DNA from: an uncultured archaeon
GTDB lineage: Archaea; Iainarchaeota; Iainarchaeia; Iainarchaeales; 0-14-0-20-30-16
DNA: 10,124 bases
Direction: 5' to 3'
Assembly: GCA_964565125.1 (NCBI GenBank)
Contig: CAZMCX010000024.1
Coordinates: forward strand, 1 to 10,124
A program made the translations under genes and the position numbers. Of the stretch, positions 1-6,547 are shown piece after piece (position 1 is the stretch's first letter; each line of letters begins with the position of its first letter). A model generated the notes under the pieces. It was not told the DNA's origin. It did no database searches and was given only the letters and a program-made list of their open reading frames with translations.

Positions 1-119
1 TAAGAACGCTATCGCGTTAACTCGGGGTCAAATTACCCCGTTCAAATTGTATGGCCTAAAGCCATAAGAACGCTATCGCGTTAACTCGGGGTCAAATTAC
101 CCCGTTCAAATTGTATGGC
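1..119. repeat. Perfect tandem direct repeat with a 64-bp period: identical 55-bp cores at 1-55 and 65-119, probably cut by the window edge
   Basis: Base-by-base comparison shows 1-55 equals 65-119. The first mismatch is c56 versus g120. Each core holds two stem-loops: AACGC-tatc-GCGTT, and CGGGGT-caaatt-ACCCCG (23-40 and 87-104). GCCATA (61-66) can pair with TATGGC at 114-119, closing a three-way fold. It can alternatively pair with TATGGC at 50-55, giving a 5-nt loop. Confidence 0.9.
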
Positions 120-123
120 GTCA

Positions 124-312
124 TAAGCTAATTTTGTTTTTCACAAAATTGCTTAGGGCCCAGAAACTTTTTGCAAGCAAAAAGCTTTCTTGACAAAGCC
201 ATAAGAACGCTATCGCGTTACTTGGGAACAAACTTTCCCCAAAAAGCTAATTTGCCTAACAGCAAATTACTTTAGGGGGCTAAGAAAATTTCCAAATCTG
301 GAAATTTATCTT
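124..312. other. Run of long, short-loop stem-loops in non-coding DNA (candidate structured RNA, MITE-like modules or terminators)
   Basis: Hand-folded stems: (a) 124-155, TAAGCTAATTTTGT / ttttc / ACAAAATTGCTTA, 13 bp with 1 bulge. (b) 161-192, CAGAAACTTTTTGC / aa / GCAAAAAGCTTTCTTG, 8-bp perfect core plus a 6-bp extension. (c) 248-269, TAATTTGC / ctaaca / GCAAATTA, 8 bp perfect and extendable to 237-278. (d) 282-312, AAGAAAATTTCCA / aatc / TGGAAATTTATCTT, 13 bp with 1 bulge. All pairs are Watson-Crick, so the strand cannot be assigned. Confidence 0.7.
198..240. repeat. Diverged third copy of the 64-bp unit
   Basis: GCCATAAGAACGCTATCGCGTTA at 198-220 is identical to 61-83. The second hairpin is replaced by GGGAA-caaact-TTCCC (224-239), which keeps the stem through paired substitutions. 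Confidence 0.8.
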
Positions 313-325
313 TTCCCAAAGCATT

Positions 326-1096
326 TTACTGGAATAAATCTGACAGGTAGTTTATTAATGCGTGGAATGGATTCAAAACACTATTTATTACTGGGTACGA
401 AAAGTAAAGGAATTTATTTTCTTCTTCGCTATCCGCAGTTATTGTAAGTTGTTTTCCAAGTTTGAAAAGATCGTCTCCCTTATAGTCCTCACAAACAAAT
501 TCAATTTCATAATCCCCTATATTGTTTGCTACAAACTGGGCGGAATACTCTTTTGTTTCCCTAGGACCCAAAGATATTTTTACTGATTTAACCCAAGATT
601 CTGCTAAATTTGATTTTAATTCACAATCTGCTTTTGCGTCACTTAAGTTTTCCACAATATATTTTATTTCTTTACTATCATGTAATTTCAAGTTTGAGCC
701 TACGAAAAATAACTGGCTTTTTACAAGGTTTTCTGATATTGTAATAGAAGTAGTTACTGTTTTTTCCCCGTGATTTGTGTTAAAAATAAATAAAACATCA
801 TATACCCCCAGTTTTGCATTTTCAAGGGCTGTTATGTAGACATCGGCGAAGGGGTCTCCGTAGCTTATTTTTCCTAATTCAAATGTAGAATCATTGTATT
901 TTACGGTAATTGACTCTATTGATTCGCCATTATATTGTTTTAAAAAAGAGATGTCCAGAACTTGGCCGGGCATTATACTTGCAAATGAATCTATCTTTCC
1001 CGAGTCAATATCTTTATCTAAAGGCTTTACAAAACCTATAGAAAACGATATACCAACTAACAAAATTAAAAAACAAAAGTACATCTTTCTTAACAT
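326..1096 (-). CDS. Secreted or membrane-anchored surface protein with two beta-rich (Ig-like/CARDB-like) segments; family uncertain
   Basis: 256-aa ORF. The ATG at 1096 is preceded by AAGGTGA (reverse complement of 1101-1107) with 4-nt spacing. The N-terminus MLRKMYFCFLILLVGISFSIGF looks like a signal peptide or TM anchor. Two segments end in G-x-Y-[DE]-[VI]-x-F (LGVYDVLFIF, IGDYEIEFVC), as in beta-sandwich surface domains. Confidence 0.7.
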   Translation of the reverse strand: MLRKMYFCFLILLVGISFSIGFVKPLDKDIDSGKIDSFASIMPGQVLDISFLKQYNGESIESITVKYNDSTFELGKISYGDPFADVYITALENAKLGVYDVLFIFNTNHGEKTVTTSITISENLVKSQLFFVGSNLKLHDSKEIKYIVENLSDAKADCELKSNLAESWVKSVKISLGPRETKEYSAQFVANNIGDYEIEFVCEDYKGDDLFKLGKQLTITADSEEENKFLYFSYPVINSVLNPFHALINYLSDLFQ

Positions 1097-1169
1097 TCTT
1101 TCACCTTTTATTAATATTTATAAAAAAAGCACAAAAATAGTTATATATCTTTGCTATCTTATGGTAAAC

Positions 1170-1754
1170 ATGGCAGATTATCGATTTGAAATGTGTAAAA
1201 AGAGCAATATGGCCAAGTTTGAGGTTGCTTTAGATAAAGGGCTTGTAGATAAAATGCTAATACCATTTCTAAAAAAAATAAACAAAAGGCCCAATATTTA
1301 TTCTTCTAGTTGTTGTGCAGGAAGAATTATGATTATCGGCTTAGATACCGAAGAAAGCAAAAAACCAAATTTATTTGTGCTTAAAGAACACCGAAAAGTA
1401 AAATTTTCTGAGATAAAAAACGCTTTAAAAACCGACAAGTTTCCAGAGCTGTGGCTAAAGGAAGAACCCTTTATTTTTCACTTTGGGACAAAGGACTTAG
1501 AAACTGCAAAAAAATTTTTAGAAATAAAAACAAAAGCAGGTATTAGAAGGGGCGGGATATTCCATATAAAAGACAACAAATACCTGATTGAACTTATTGG
1601 TTCACAAACTCTTGCGGTGCCAATAAAGATCGGAAAAAAGGTGTTATTTTCTGAGGAACAAATAAAAATAGTCTTAGAAAAAGCAAATAAAAAATTAGAA
1701 CGGAACTATAAACAGCTTAAAGAATTTTGTAAAGAATTATTAAAAATAGAATGA
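1170..1754 (+). CDS. taw3: tRNA wyosine-derivative methyltransferase, Taw3/TYW3 family
   Basis: The product contains YSSSCCAGRI, a variant of the SSCSGRI signature of the TYW3 family, and its length (~195 aa) fits archaeal Taw3. The frame is open from 894, but that extension overlaps the divergent gene and promoter. Candidate ATGs are at 1161 and 1170. TTATATAT (1141-1148) lies about 25 nt upstream of 1170, which is leaderless-type spacing. The start could be 1161. Confidence 0.75.
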   Translation: MADYRFEMCKKSNMAKFEVALDKGLVDKMLIPFLKKINKRPNIYSSSCCAGRIMIIGLDTEESKKPNLFVLKEHRKVKFSEIKNALKTDKFPELWLKEEPFIFHFGTKDLETAKKFLEIKTKAGIRRGGIFHIKDNKYLIELIGSQTLAVPIKIGKKVLFSEEQIKIVLEKANKKLERNYKQLKEFCKELLKIE

Positions 1755-1758
1755 TTGA

Positions 1759-1950
1759 TTAGTCTTTTTGTTTTCTTTTCTTTTGTCTTGCCATGTAGCC
1801 GGCCATCTTATTTACATTTGTTTTTGTTATTGGCAGGCCCAATTTGTTTATCGCTTTTTTATTAGTATCAAAATCCGTGCCTATCTCTTTCATAGATTCC
1901 ATTATTGTATTTGCTTTTGATTTTAATGGCTTTAACATTGATTTGCCCAT
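1759..1950 (-). CDS. rps17e: 30S ribosomal protein S17e
   Basis: The 63-aa product MGK...TDFDTNKKAINK...NKMAGYMARQKKRK matches the archaeal S17e pattern (MG+..., DF-x-x-NKK, AGY near the C-terminus) and its typical length. Confidence 0.8.
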   Translation of the reverse strand: MGKSMLKPLKSKANTIMESMKEIGTDFDTNKKAINKLGLPITKTNVNKMAGYMARQKKRKQKD

Positions 1951-2116
1951 AATATCACATCCTATATATTACTGGGCCTAAAACAATTTTGTTTTTCTAC
2001 AAAATTGCTTTTTTGCCCATAATATCACATCCTATATATTACTGGGCCTAAAACAATTTTGTTTTTCTACAAAATTGCTTTTTTGCCCATAATATCGCAT
2101 CCTAACCTTATTACAG
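1942..2116. repeat. Perfect 70-bp tandem repeat (1942-2011 equals 2012-2081) plus a diverged partial third copy (2082 to ~2116)
   Basis: Aligned by eye. Copies 1 and 2 are identical. Copy 3 matches through 2096, has A>G at 2097, and then diverges in the TATATATT segment. Each unit carries the reverse complement of ATGGGCAAA (the S17e start), a TATA-like AATATATA, and a stem-loop (9-bp core at 1984-2007 and 2054-2077, extendable GGGC...GCCC). Confidence 0.9.
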
Positions 2117-2122
2117 TAAATA

Positions 2123-2314
2123 TTATTTCTCCCTTGTTCCATCTGCTTTGTACTTAATTATTCTTAATGGTATTTTGTTTTCCTCAAACTCTTTTGATGC
2201 TACTTCGTAAGGGGTCTCTTTTTTATTCACGCTTACTTGTGGCGGAGCATTATCTGCTATTTGTAATGACCTTGTAGCCAATAGCCTCGTTTTTTCAAAT
2301 TTTGAATATGCCAA
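2123..2314 (-). CDS. rpoK: DNA-directed RNA polymerase subunit Rpo6 (RpoK / omega-like)
   Basis: The 63-aa product ...KFEKTRLLATRSLQIADNAPP... matches the conserved Rpo6 core (T+FE+AR..G.RALQI..GAP). There is no in-frame ATG. The only plausible start is TTG at 2314, with AGGTGAT 3 nt upstream, and an in-frame TAA lies just beyond. Confidence 0.75.
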   Translation of the reverse strand: MAYSKFEKTRLLATRSLQIADNAPPQVSVNKKETPYEVASKEFEENKIPLRIIKYKADGTREK

Positions 2315-2395
2315 GAAATCACCTATTTATATAAGTTATTATATTATTCTTTGTACCCATTACTTTTATATATATTTCTAAGGAAAGTGGTTAAA

Positions 2396-2701
2396 ATGAA
2401 CGAAAGTTTCATAGAATACGCCCAAAAATATCCTAAACAGTATGCTATCGCTAGTTCAGAGTTATGTATAAAACTGCTTGAAAAGCTGTCAAAATCTGGC
2501 GCAACTATAGACGAAATAAAAAAATTGAACGAGTTTCATATGGTTGAATTAATGGATTTAAAACTACTGCTTAACATGCTCGTAGGCATAAAACTACTTG
2601 CTGTAGAAGACATTGGACCCAAGGAAATATATTACTCTGGGGATTTTATTAACGAATTTTTGAAAGAATACTATAAAACAAAAAAAAACTATGACATATA
2701 G
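2396..2701 (+). CDS. Hypothetical small protein (101 aa), possibly winged-helix-like
   Basis: The ATG at 2396 lies about 26 nt downstream of TTTTATATATAT (2364-2375), so it is probably leaderless. The TTG at 2351 proposed by the ORF track would include the promoter. The helical pattern CIKLLEKLSKSGATIDEIKK...LLLNMLVGIKLL is compatible with wHTH, but I recognise no family. Confidence 0.55.
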   Translation: MNESFIEYAQKYPKQYAIASSELCIKLLEKLSKSGATIDEIKKLNEFHMVELMDLKLLLNMLVGIKLLAVEDIGPKEIYYSGDFINEFLKEYYKTKKNYDI

Positions 2702-2711
2702 TGGCTTATTT

Positions 2712-3743
2712 TTACAACGAATAAAATAAGTTTAGTATTATTCCGCCAAGCCCATCAAGCATTTTTCCCGCATCATTCTTAGAATCCATTAAATGTATCT
2801 TTTTACCCTGACTTGAAAGAGCAACAAAATGTGGCTTAAGGATTATATAATTTTCATTAAAATAACTTGTAGAAACTACTAATTCTTCAACTGCAGCCAT
2901 TTGATTTTCTAAAACATTTTGGACTTCTTTGGGGCCATAAATAATATTTCTTTTGCCTTGGCTTATTTTGTATAAAGAGGTATTTATTTTTTCAATGTCT
3001 TTAGTTATTTTAAACTCATTAAGTGTTTTTGACAAAGAATTGCTTTTTATCAACTCTAATATTCCGCTTATCCCCACACCATTCAAGTTAACCATAATTG
3101 TTTTTATTTTTACATTTTTTTCTTTTAGATAAACTCCAAGTTTGTCTTTATCAAAGCCAGGGCCTGCCAAAATCAATAGTTCTGGTTTTGTGTTTGATAT
3201 GCTCTCAAAAATGTCTTTAAAATAGCTTTTATCTTCTTCCACAACATATCTTTTTCCCTTGCTTTTTGAATTTATTTTTGCAATTATTTTGTAATTACCG
3301 TAATTAATCTCAGCAACTATTGCTACTTCGTCGTCTAAAACTACTGAAAGTATTTTTGGATTTACAGCATATTTTTTTGCAGATTCTATTAATTCTAATT
3401 CATAGCCCAACAACACCTTATACAAAGTTACTGTGTCGCCGAAACCGATATCTAAGGTATGAAAAGAGCCGATATCAACATATTCTGCAGGGTGCCCTTC
3501 AATGATAACCCCAGTAAATTTAAGTCGGTCTGTTTGAGTATCAAATTCCTTTTTTTCTATTTTTATTTTTACATTTACTGTTTTCTTCTCGCTGTCTTTA
3601 GAACCTTCAACTCTAAAACGCCGTGTAGTTTTCCCATAAATCAATTCATTTTCGTGCGTTATATTATTTAGAACCCAAAGGTCATCTAAATTTTCAGGGG
3701 TGATTATCACATTCTGTTCTTTTTTATGTATAGTATACTTCAT
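2712..3743 (-). CDS. pelA: Pelota (aPelota/Dom34), ribosome rescue factor
   Basis: 343 aa. The N-terminus ...ITPENLDDLWVLNNI...GKTTRRFRV matches the conserved Pelota motif (pE..DDLW.L.N.I ... T.R), and the size and eRF1-like domain layout fit. Confidence 0.85.
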   Translation of the reverse strand: MKYTIHKKEQNVIITPENLDDLWVLNNITHENELIYGKTTRRFRVEGSKDSEKKTVNVKIKIEKKEFDTQTDRLKFTGVIIEGHPAEYVDIGSFHTLDIGFGDTVTLYKVLLGYELELIESAKKYAVNPKILSVVLDDEVAIVAEINYGNYKIIAKINSKSKGKRYVVEEDKSYFKDIFESISNTKPELLILAGPGFDKDKLGVYLKEKNVKIKTIMVNLNGVGISGILELIKSNSLSKTLNEFKITKDIEKINTSLYKISQGKRNIIYGPKEVQNVLENQMAAVEELVVSTSYFNENYIILKPHFVALSSQGKKIHLMDSKNDAGKMLDGLGGIILNLFYSL

Positions 3744-3763
3744 AACATAAAGATGATGAGATT

Positions 3764-3776
3764 CATTTTTAACAAT
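3764..3776. promoter_or_regulatory. Shared TATA-like element of a putative bidirectional leaderless promoter
   Basis: In the 52-bp intergenic region, TTTTTAA (3766-3772) is centred at ~3769. That is 26 nt from the pelota start (3743, minus strand) and 27 nt from the ABCE1 ATG (3796). Neither start has an SD-like GGTGA. Confidence 0.4.
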
Positions 3777-3795
3777 ATCCTTGGTTGAAATAAAT

Positions 3796-5544
3796 ATGCA
3801 AAAGAAAAGAATTGCTATAATTGACTATAAAAAATGTAAAAAAGAGGAGTGTGGATTTGCCTGTTACAACATCTGTCCAGTTATAAAAATGAACAAAGAA
3901 GCAATAGTCTATAATGAACTGGAAAAAAAGGTTCAAATTTCCGAAGAACTTTGTACTGGCTGCGGGATTTGCCCAAAGAAATGCCCTTTTGGAGCAATAA
4001 CAATAATTAATTTATCTTTAGATTTAAGTGAGCCCATACATCAATATGGAAAAAATCGTTTCAGATTATTTAGATTACCCACAATAAGGGCTGGTAATGC
4101 AGTTGGCTTAATTGGAAAAAACGGGATTGGAAAATCAACCATACTTAATATTTATTCAGGAGACATAATACCAAATCAAGGTAATTATGAAAAACCAGGT
4201 AATTACGAAGAAATAATAAATTATTTTAAAGGCAAAGAATTACAAGAAACGTTTATAAATTTAAAAAATGGGAAAACAAAAGTTTCGTACAAACCACAAA
4301 ACATAAAGGCCATAAAAGATAATTTCAAAGGCAAAGTAATAGACTTACTAAAAAAAGTTGATGAACGTAAAGAGCTTAACAAAATAATTGACCTATTAAA
4401 AATGGATAATATAATGAACAAAGAGATATCAACTCTTTCTGGTGGAGAACTCCAAAAAGTTGCAATAGCCGCAACAATTATAAAAAAGGCAAACCTTTAT
4501 TTTTATGATGAGCCATCGTCATTTTTAGACATAAAACAGAGATTTGTATTTGCAAAATTGATAGAAGATTATAAAGATACAAACTTAATTGTAGAGCACG
4601 ACTTGGCATTGGTTGACTACTTGTGTGATTATTTGCATATTTTATTTGGTAAAGCACACGCATATGGTGTTGTTTCTAATACAAAGACAACAAATACAGC
4701 AATAAATGAGTTTTTAGATGGTTTCATACCAGATGAAAACTTGAGATTCAGAGATTATGAAATAAACTTTTACTATAGGGGTGAGCAAGCAAAAAAAACT
4801 AATTTATTTTTTAATTATCCACAAATGTGTAAAACATTTAAAGACTTTAAACTTGATGTTGATGATGGATCTTTAAATGAAGGCGAAATTATTGGGATTG
4901 TCGGAGAAAACGGAATTGGAAAAACAACTTTTGTAAAACTACTTGCGGGCGTTGAAAAAGAGGATAATGAAATAAATGTTTTCAATAAACGAATGTCATA
5001 CAAACCACAAGATTTTGATGGTGAACATGTAAAAGTAAGGGAATTTTTAAAGGGCGTAAATCAAGAGATACTTATGTCTGAACTTTGGTTTAAGCTAAAA
5101 ATAAATGAGATTGAAGATTTATATTTGGATGAATTAAACATGGGGACTTTGCAAAAAATTATGATTGCAAAAACCCTTACAACTGACGCAGAAATTTATT
5201 TACTAGATGAGCCTTCTGCTTTTTTAGATGTTGAAGAAAGAATTAATATTGCAAAAATAATTCAATCTATTATTGCAAAAAGAAAAAAGGTCGCTTTTGT
5301 TGTTGATCACGATATACTTTTTGTTGATTTTGTTTCAGACAAAATAATTGTATTTGATGGAAAGCCCGGCATAGAGGGGTTTTGTACAAAACCAAAAGAT
5401 AAAAAAAGAGGTATGAACCAATTTTTAAAAATACTCGATGTAACTTACAGAAAAGATTTAAAGTCCGGAAGGCCGCGAGTAAATAAATTAAATTCTACGA
5501 AAGACAAAGAACAAAAAGCAGATGGTAATTACTATGTTTACTAG
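3796..5544 (+). CDS. ABCE1: ABCE1 (RNase L inhibitor homolog), ribosome-recycling ATPase
   Basis: The N-terminus has two ferredoxin-type cysteine clusters (CKKEECGFACYNICPV; CTGCGICPKKCPFGA). Two ABC cassettes follow: Walker A GLIGKNGIGKST and GIVGENGIGKTT, signature LSGGELQ, and Walker B YFYDEPS and YLLDEPS. The ATG at 3796 is preferred over the track's TTG at 3781. Confidence 0.9.
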   Translation: MQKKRIAIIDYKKCKKEECGFACYNICPVIKMNKEAIVYNELEKKVQISEELCTGCGICPKKCPFGAITIINLSLDLSEPIHQYGKNRFRLFRLPTIRAGNAVGLIGKNGIGKSTILNIYSGDIIPNQGNYEKPGNYEEIINYFKGKELQETFINLKNGKTKVSYKPQNIKAIKDNFKGKVIDLLKKVDERKELNKIIDLLKMDNIMNKEISTLSGGELQKVAIAATIIKKANLYFYDEPSSFLDIKQRFVFAKLIEDYKDTNLIVEHDLALVDYLCDYLHILFGKAHAYGVVSNTKTTNTAINEFLDGFIPDENLRFRDYEINFYYRGEQAKKTNLFFNYPQMCKTFKDFKLDVDDGSLNEGEIIGIVGENGIGKTTFVKLLAGVEKEDNEINVFNKRMSYKPQDFDGEHVKVREFLKGVNQEILMSELWFKLKINEIEDLYLDELNMGTLQKIMIAKTLTTDAEIYLLDEPSAFLDVEERINIAKIIQSIIAKRKKVAFVVDHDILFVDFVSDKIIVFDGKPGIEGFCTKPKDKKRGMNQFLKILDVTYRKDLKSGRPRVNKLNSTKDKEQKADGNYYVY

Positions 5545-5564
5545 TTATGTATAAGCGCACATCG

Positions 5565-5574
5565 CTTTTTAAGA
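5565..5574 (+). promoter_or_regulatory. TATA-like element for tfe (leaderless spacing)
   Basis: CTTTTTAAGA is centred ~26 nt upstream of the ATG at 5596, and no SD motif lies in between. Confidence 0.4.
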
Positions 5575-5595
5575 AAAATCGCACTCATCAGTATT

Positions 5596-6141
5596 ATGGC
5601 TACAGATATTATTAATCTAAATAGCATTCAAAAATATTTAGAAAATGTAGATTGTGCTGCTTATAAGCTTGTTTCTATTTGGTATAAAAACAAAGAAAAT
5701 ACTTCCGACGAATTTTTTACACAACACCTTGAATGTAAAATAACTGTTGTAAGGTCAATTTTAAATAAGTTACATTATTATGGAATAGTAAATTATGATA
5801 AAATAAAAAATGAAAATTCTGGCTGGTTTACATTTAAGTGGCATCTGGACTATAATAAACTTTCAAAACTTGTTTTTTTAAATAATCTGGATAAACTAGA
5901 AAAACTAAATGCAAAAGAAAAATATTATGGCGAATATCAAATGTTTGTTTGTAAAAACAGTTGCAACGACTTTCCTTTTGAAGTTGCTGCAGAATATAAT
6001 TTTAATTGTCCTATGTGTAATGAAACTTTAAAACATATTGATTATGTAGAAAAGCACAAGGAACTTCAAGCCCAGATTAAGATTATCGAAGAAGAAAATG
6101 TAATTTTGTCCTTATTTTTAAAGGAAAACAATAAAAAGTAA
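5596..6141 (+). CDS. tfe: Transcription factor E (TFE-alpha / TFIIE-alpha homolog)
   Basis: 181 aa. An N-terminal winged-helix-like segment (...ITVVRSILNKLHYYGIVNY...WFTFKW) is followed by a zinc-ribbon-like CKNSC...x18...CPMC, the layout of archaeal TFE. Confidence 0.7.
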   Translation: MATDIINLNSIQKYLENVDCAAYKLVSIWYKNKENTSDEFFTQHLECKITVVRSILNKLHYYGIVNYDKIKNENSGWFTFKWHLDYNKLSKLVFLNNLDKLEKLNAKEKYYGEYQMFVCKNSCNDFPFEVAAEYNFNCPMCNETLKHIDYVEKHKELQAQIKIIEEENVILSLFLKENNKK

Positions 6142-6164
6142 TATCATACTATCATTAAGTAGTA

Positions 6165-6240
6165 TAGCGGGGTAGGGCAGCCTGGAGTGCCCGCTGGGCT
6201 CATAACCCGGAGGTCGTTGGTTCAAATCCAACTCCCGCTA
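6165..6240 (+). tRNA. tRNA-iMet: tRNA-Met (anticodon CAT), initiator type; CCA not encoded
   Basis: Hand-folded cloverleaf: acceptor AGCGGGG/TCCCGCT, D arm GGGC-AGCCCTGGAGT-GCCC, anticodon arm CTGGG-CTCATAA-CCCGG, variable AGGTC, T arm GTTGG-TTCAAAT-CCAAC, discriminator A. The A1:U72 pair and the three G:C pairs closing the anticodon stem are hallmarks of archaeal initiator tRNA. An Ile2 (modified CAU) identity is less likely. Confidence 0.85.
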
Positions 6241-6280
6241 TCTTGTTCTAAGCTAACAAATTAACTATTGTTGTCAGAAG

Positions 6281-6315
6281 GTAATTATCGTAATTACGGT
6301 AATTACTGTAATTAC
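6281..6315. repeat. Iteron cluster 1: four head-to-tail GTAATTA[C/T] palindromic sites at an exact 9-bp period
   Basis: Sites start at 6281 (GTAATTAT), 6290, 6299 and 6308 (GTAATTAC). GTAATTAC equals its own reverse complement. Confidence 0.9.
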
Positions 6316-6465
6316 ACGCTAGATCTTTATAAAAAATTGCCGTTTATAATCAATAAAAAACACAAATTATTGGACAAACTGCTTTGGTTTGATTTATTTA
6401 GACATCGTTGGCGTTTTATGACAAAATATACTGGCTATTCTGTTTATTTGTTCACAAAATGAACT

Positions 6466-6473
6466 GTAATTAC
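6466..6473. promoter_or_regulatory. Isolated GTAATTAC site between the two clusters
   Basis: Exact octamer within ctGTAATTACcc. Confidence 0.6.
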
Positions 6474-6547
6474 CCTTGACAGTTAGTATGTTTAAGATCG
6501 TTTGTGGTCTGTTTTGTTATTTTTTGCTCTGTTTTTTATCTGTTTTG

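Noticed and set aside
61-119. tRNA-like or split-tRNA reading of the 64-bp unit (acceptor-like GCCATA/TATGGC stem plus two arms)
   Set aside because: There is no T arm or conserved D- and T-loop nucleotides. The central loop is 6-8 nt rather than a 7-nt anticodon loop, and the TTCAAAT string at 41-47 is not flanked by complementary stems.
1-240. CRISPR array interpretation of the GCCATAAGAACGCTATCGCGTTA repeats
   Set aside because: Only three copies are present, with irregular spacing (64 and 137 bp). The 'spacer' between the first two copies is itself duplicated identically. No cas genes are in the window.
894-1160. N-terminal extension of the Taw3 ORF (track start 894)
   Set aside because: It overlaps the 5' end and promoter of the divergent 326-1096 gene. 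The TYW3-like sequence begins only after the ATGs at 1161 and 1170, and a TATA-like element sits at 1141-1148.
3752-3758. C-box-like ATGATGA suggesting a C/D box sRNA in the pelota-ABCE1 intergenic region
   Set aside because: There is no CTGA D box at the appropriate distance on either strand, and no terminal stem. The region is better explained as promoter DNA.
6249-6265. Similarity of TAAGCTAACAAATTAAC (just after the tRNA) to half of the 244-270 hairpin (AAGCTAATTTGCCTAACAGCAAATTAC)
   Set aside because: The match is partial (~11 of 15) in low-complexity AT-rich sequence, with no complementary arm present. It is not distinguishable from chance.
6268-6462. 64-aa ORF (MLSEGNYRNYGNYCNYTLD...) from the ORF track
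   Set aside because: It starts at a TTG with no SD or TATA context. Its N-terminal GNY repeats are simply the translation of the 9-bp GTAATTAC iterons, and it spans the regulatory core. It is most likely a non-coding artefact.
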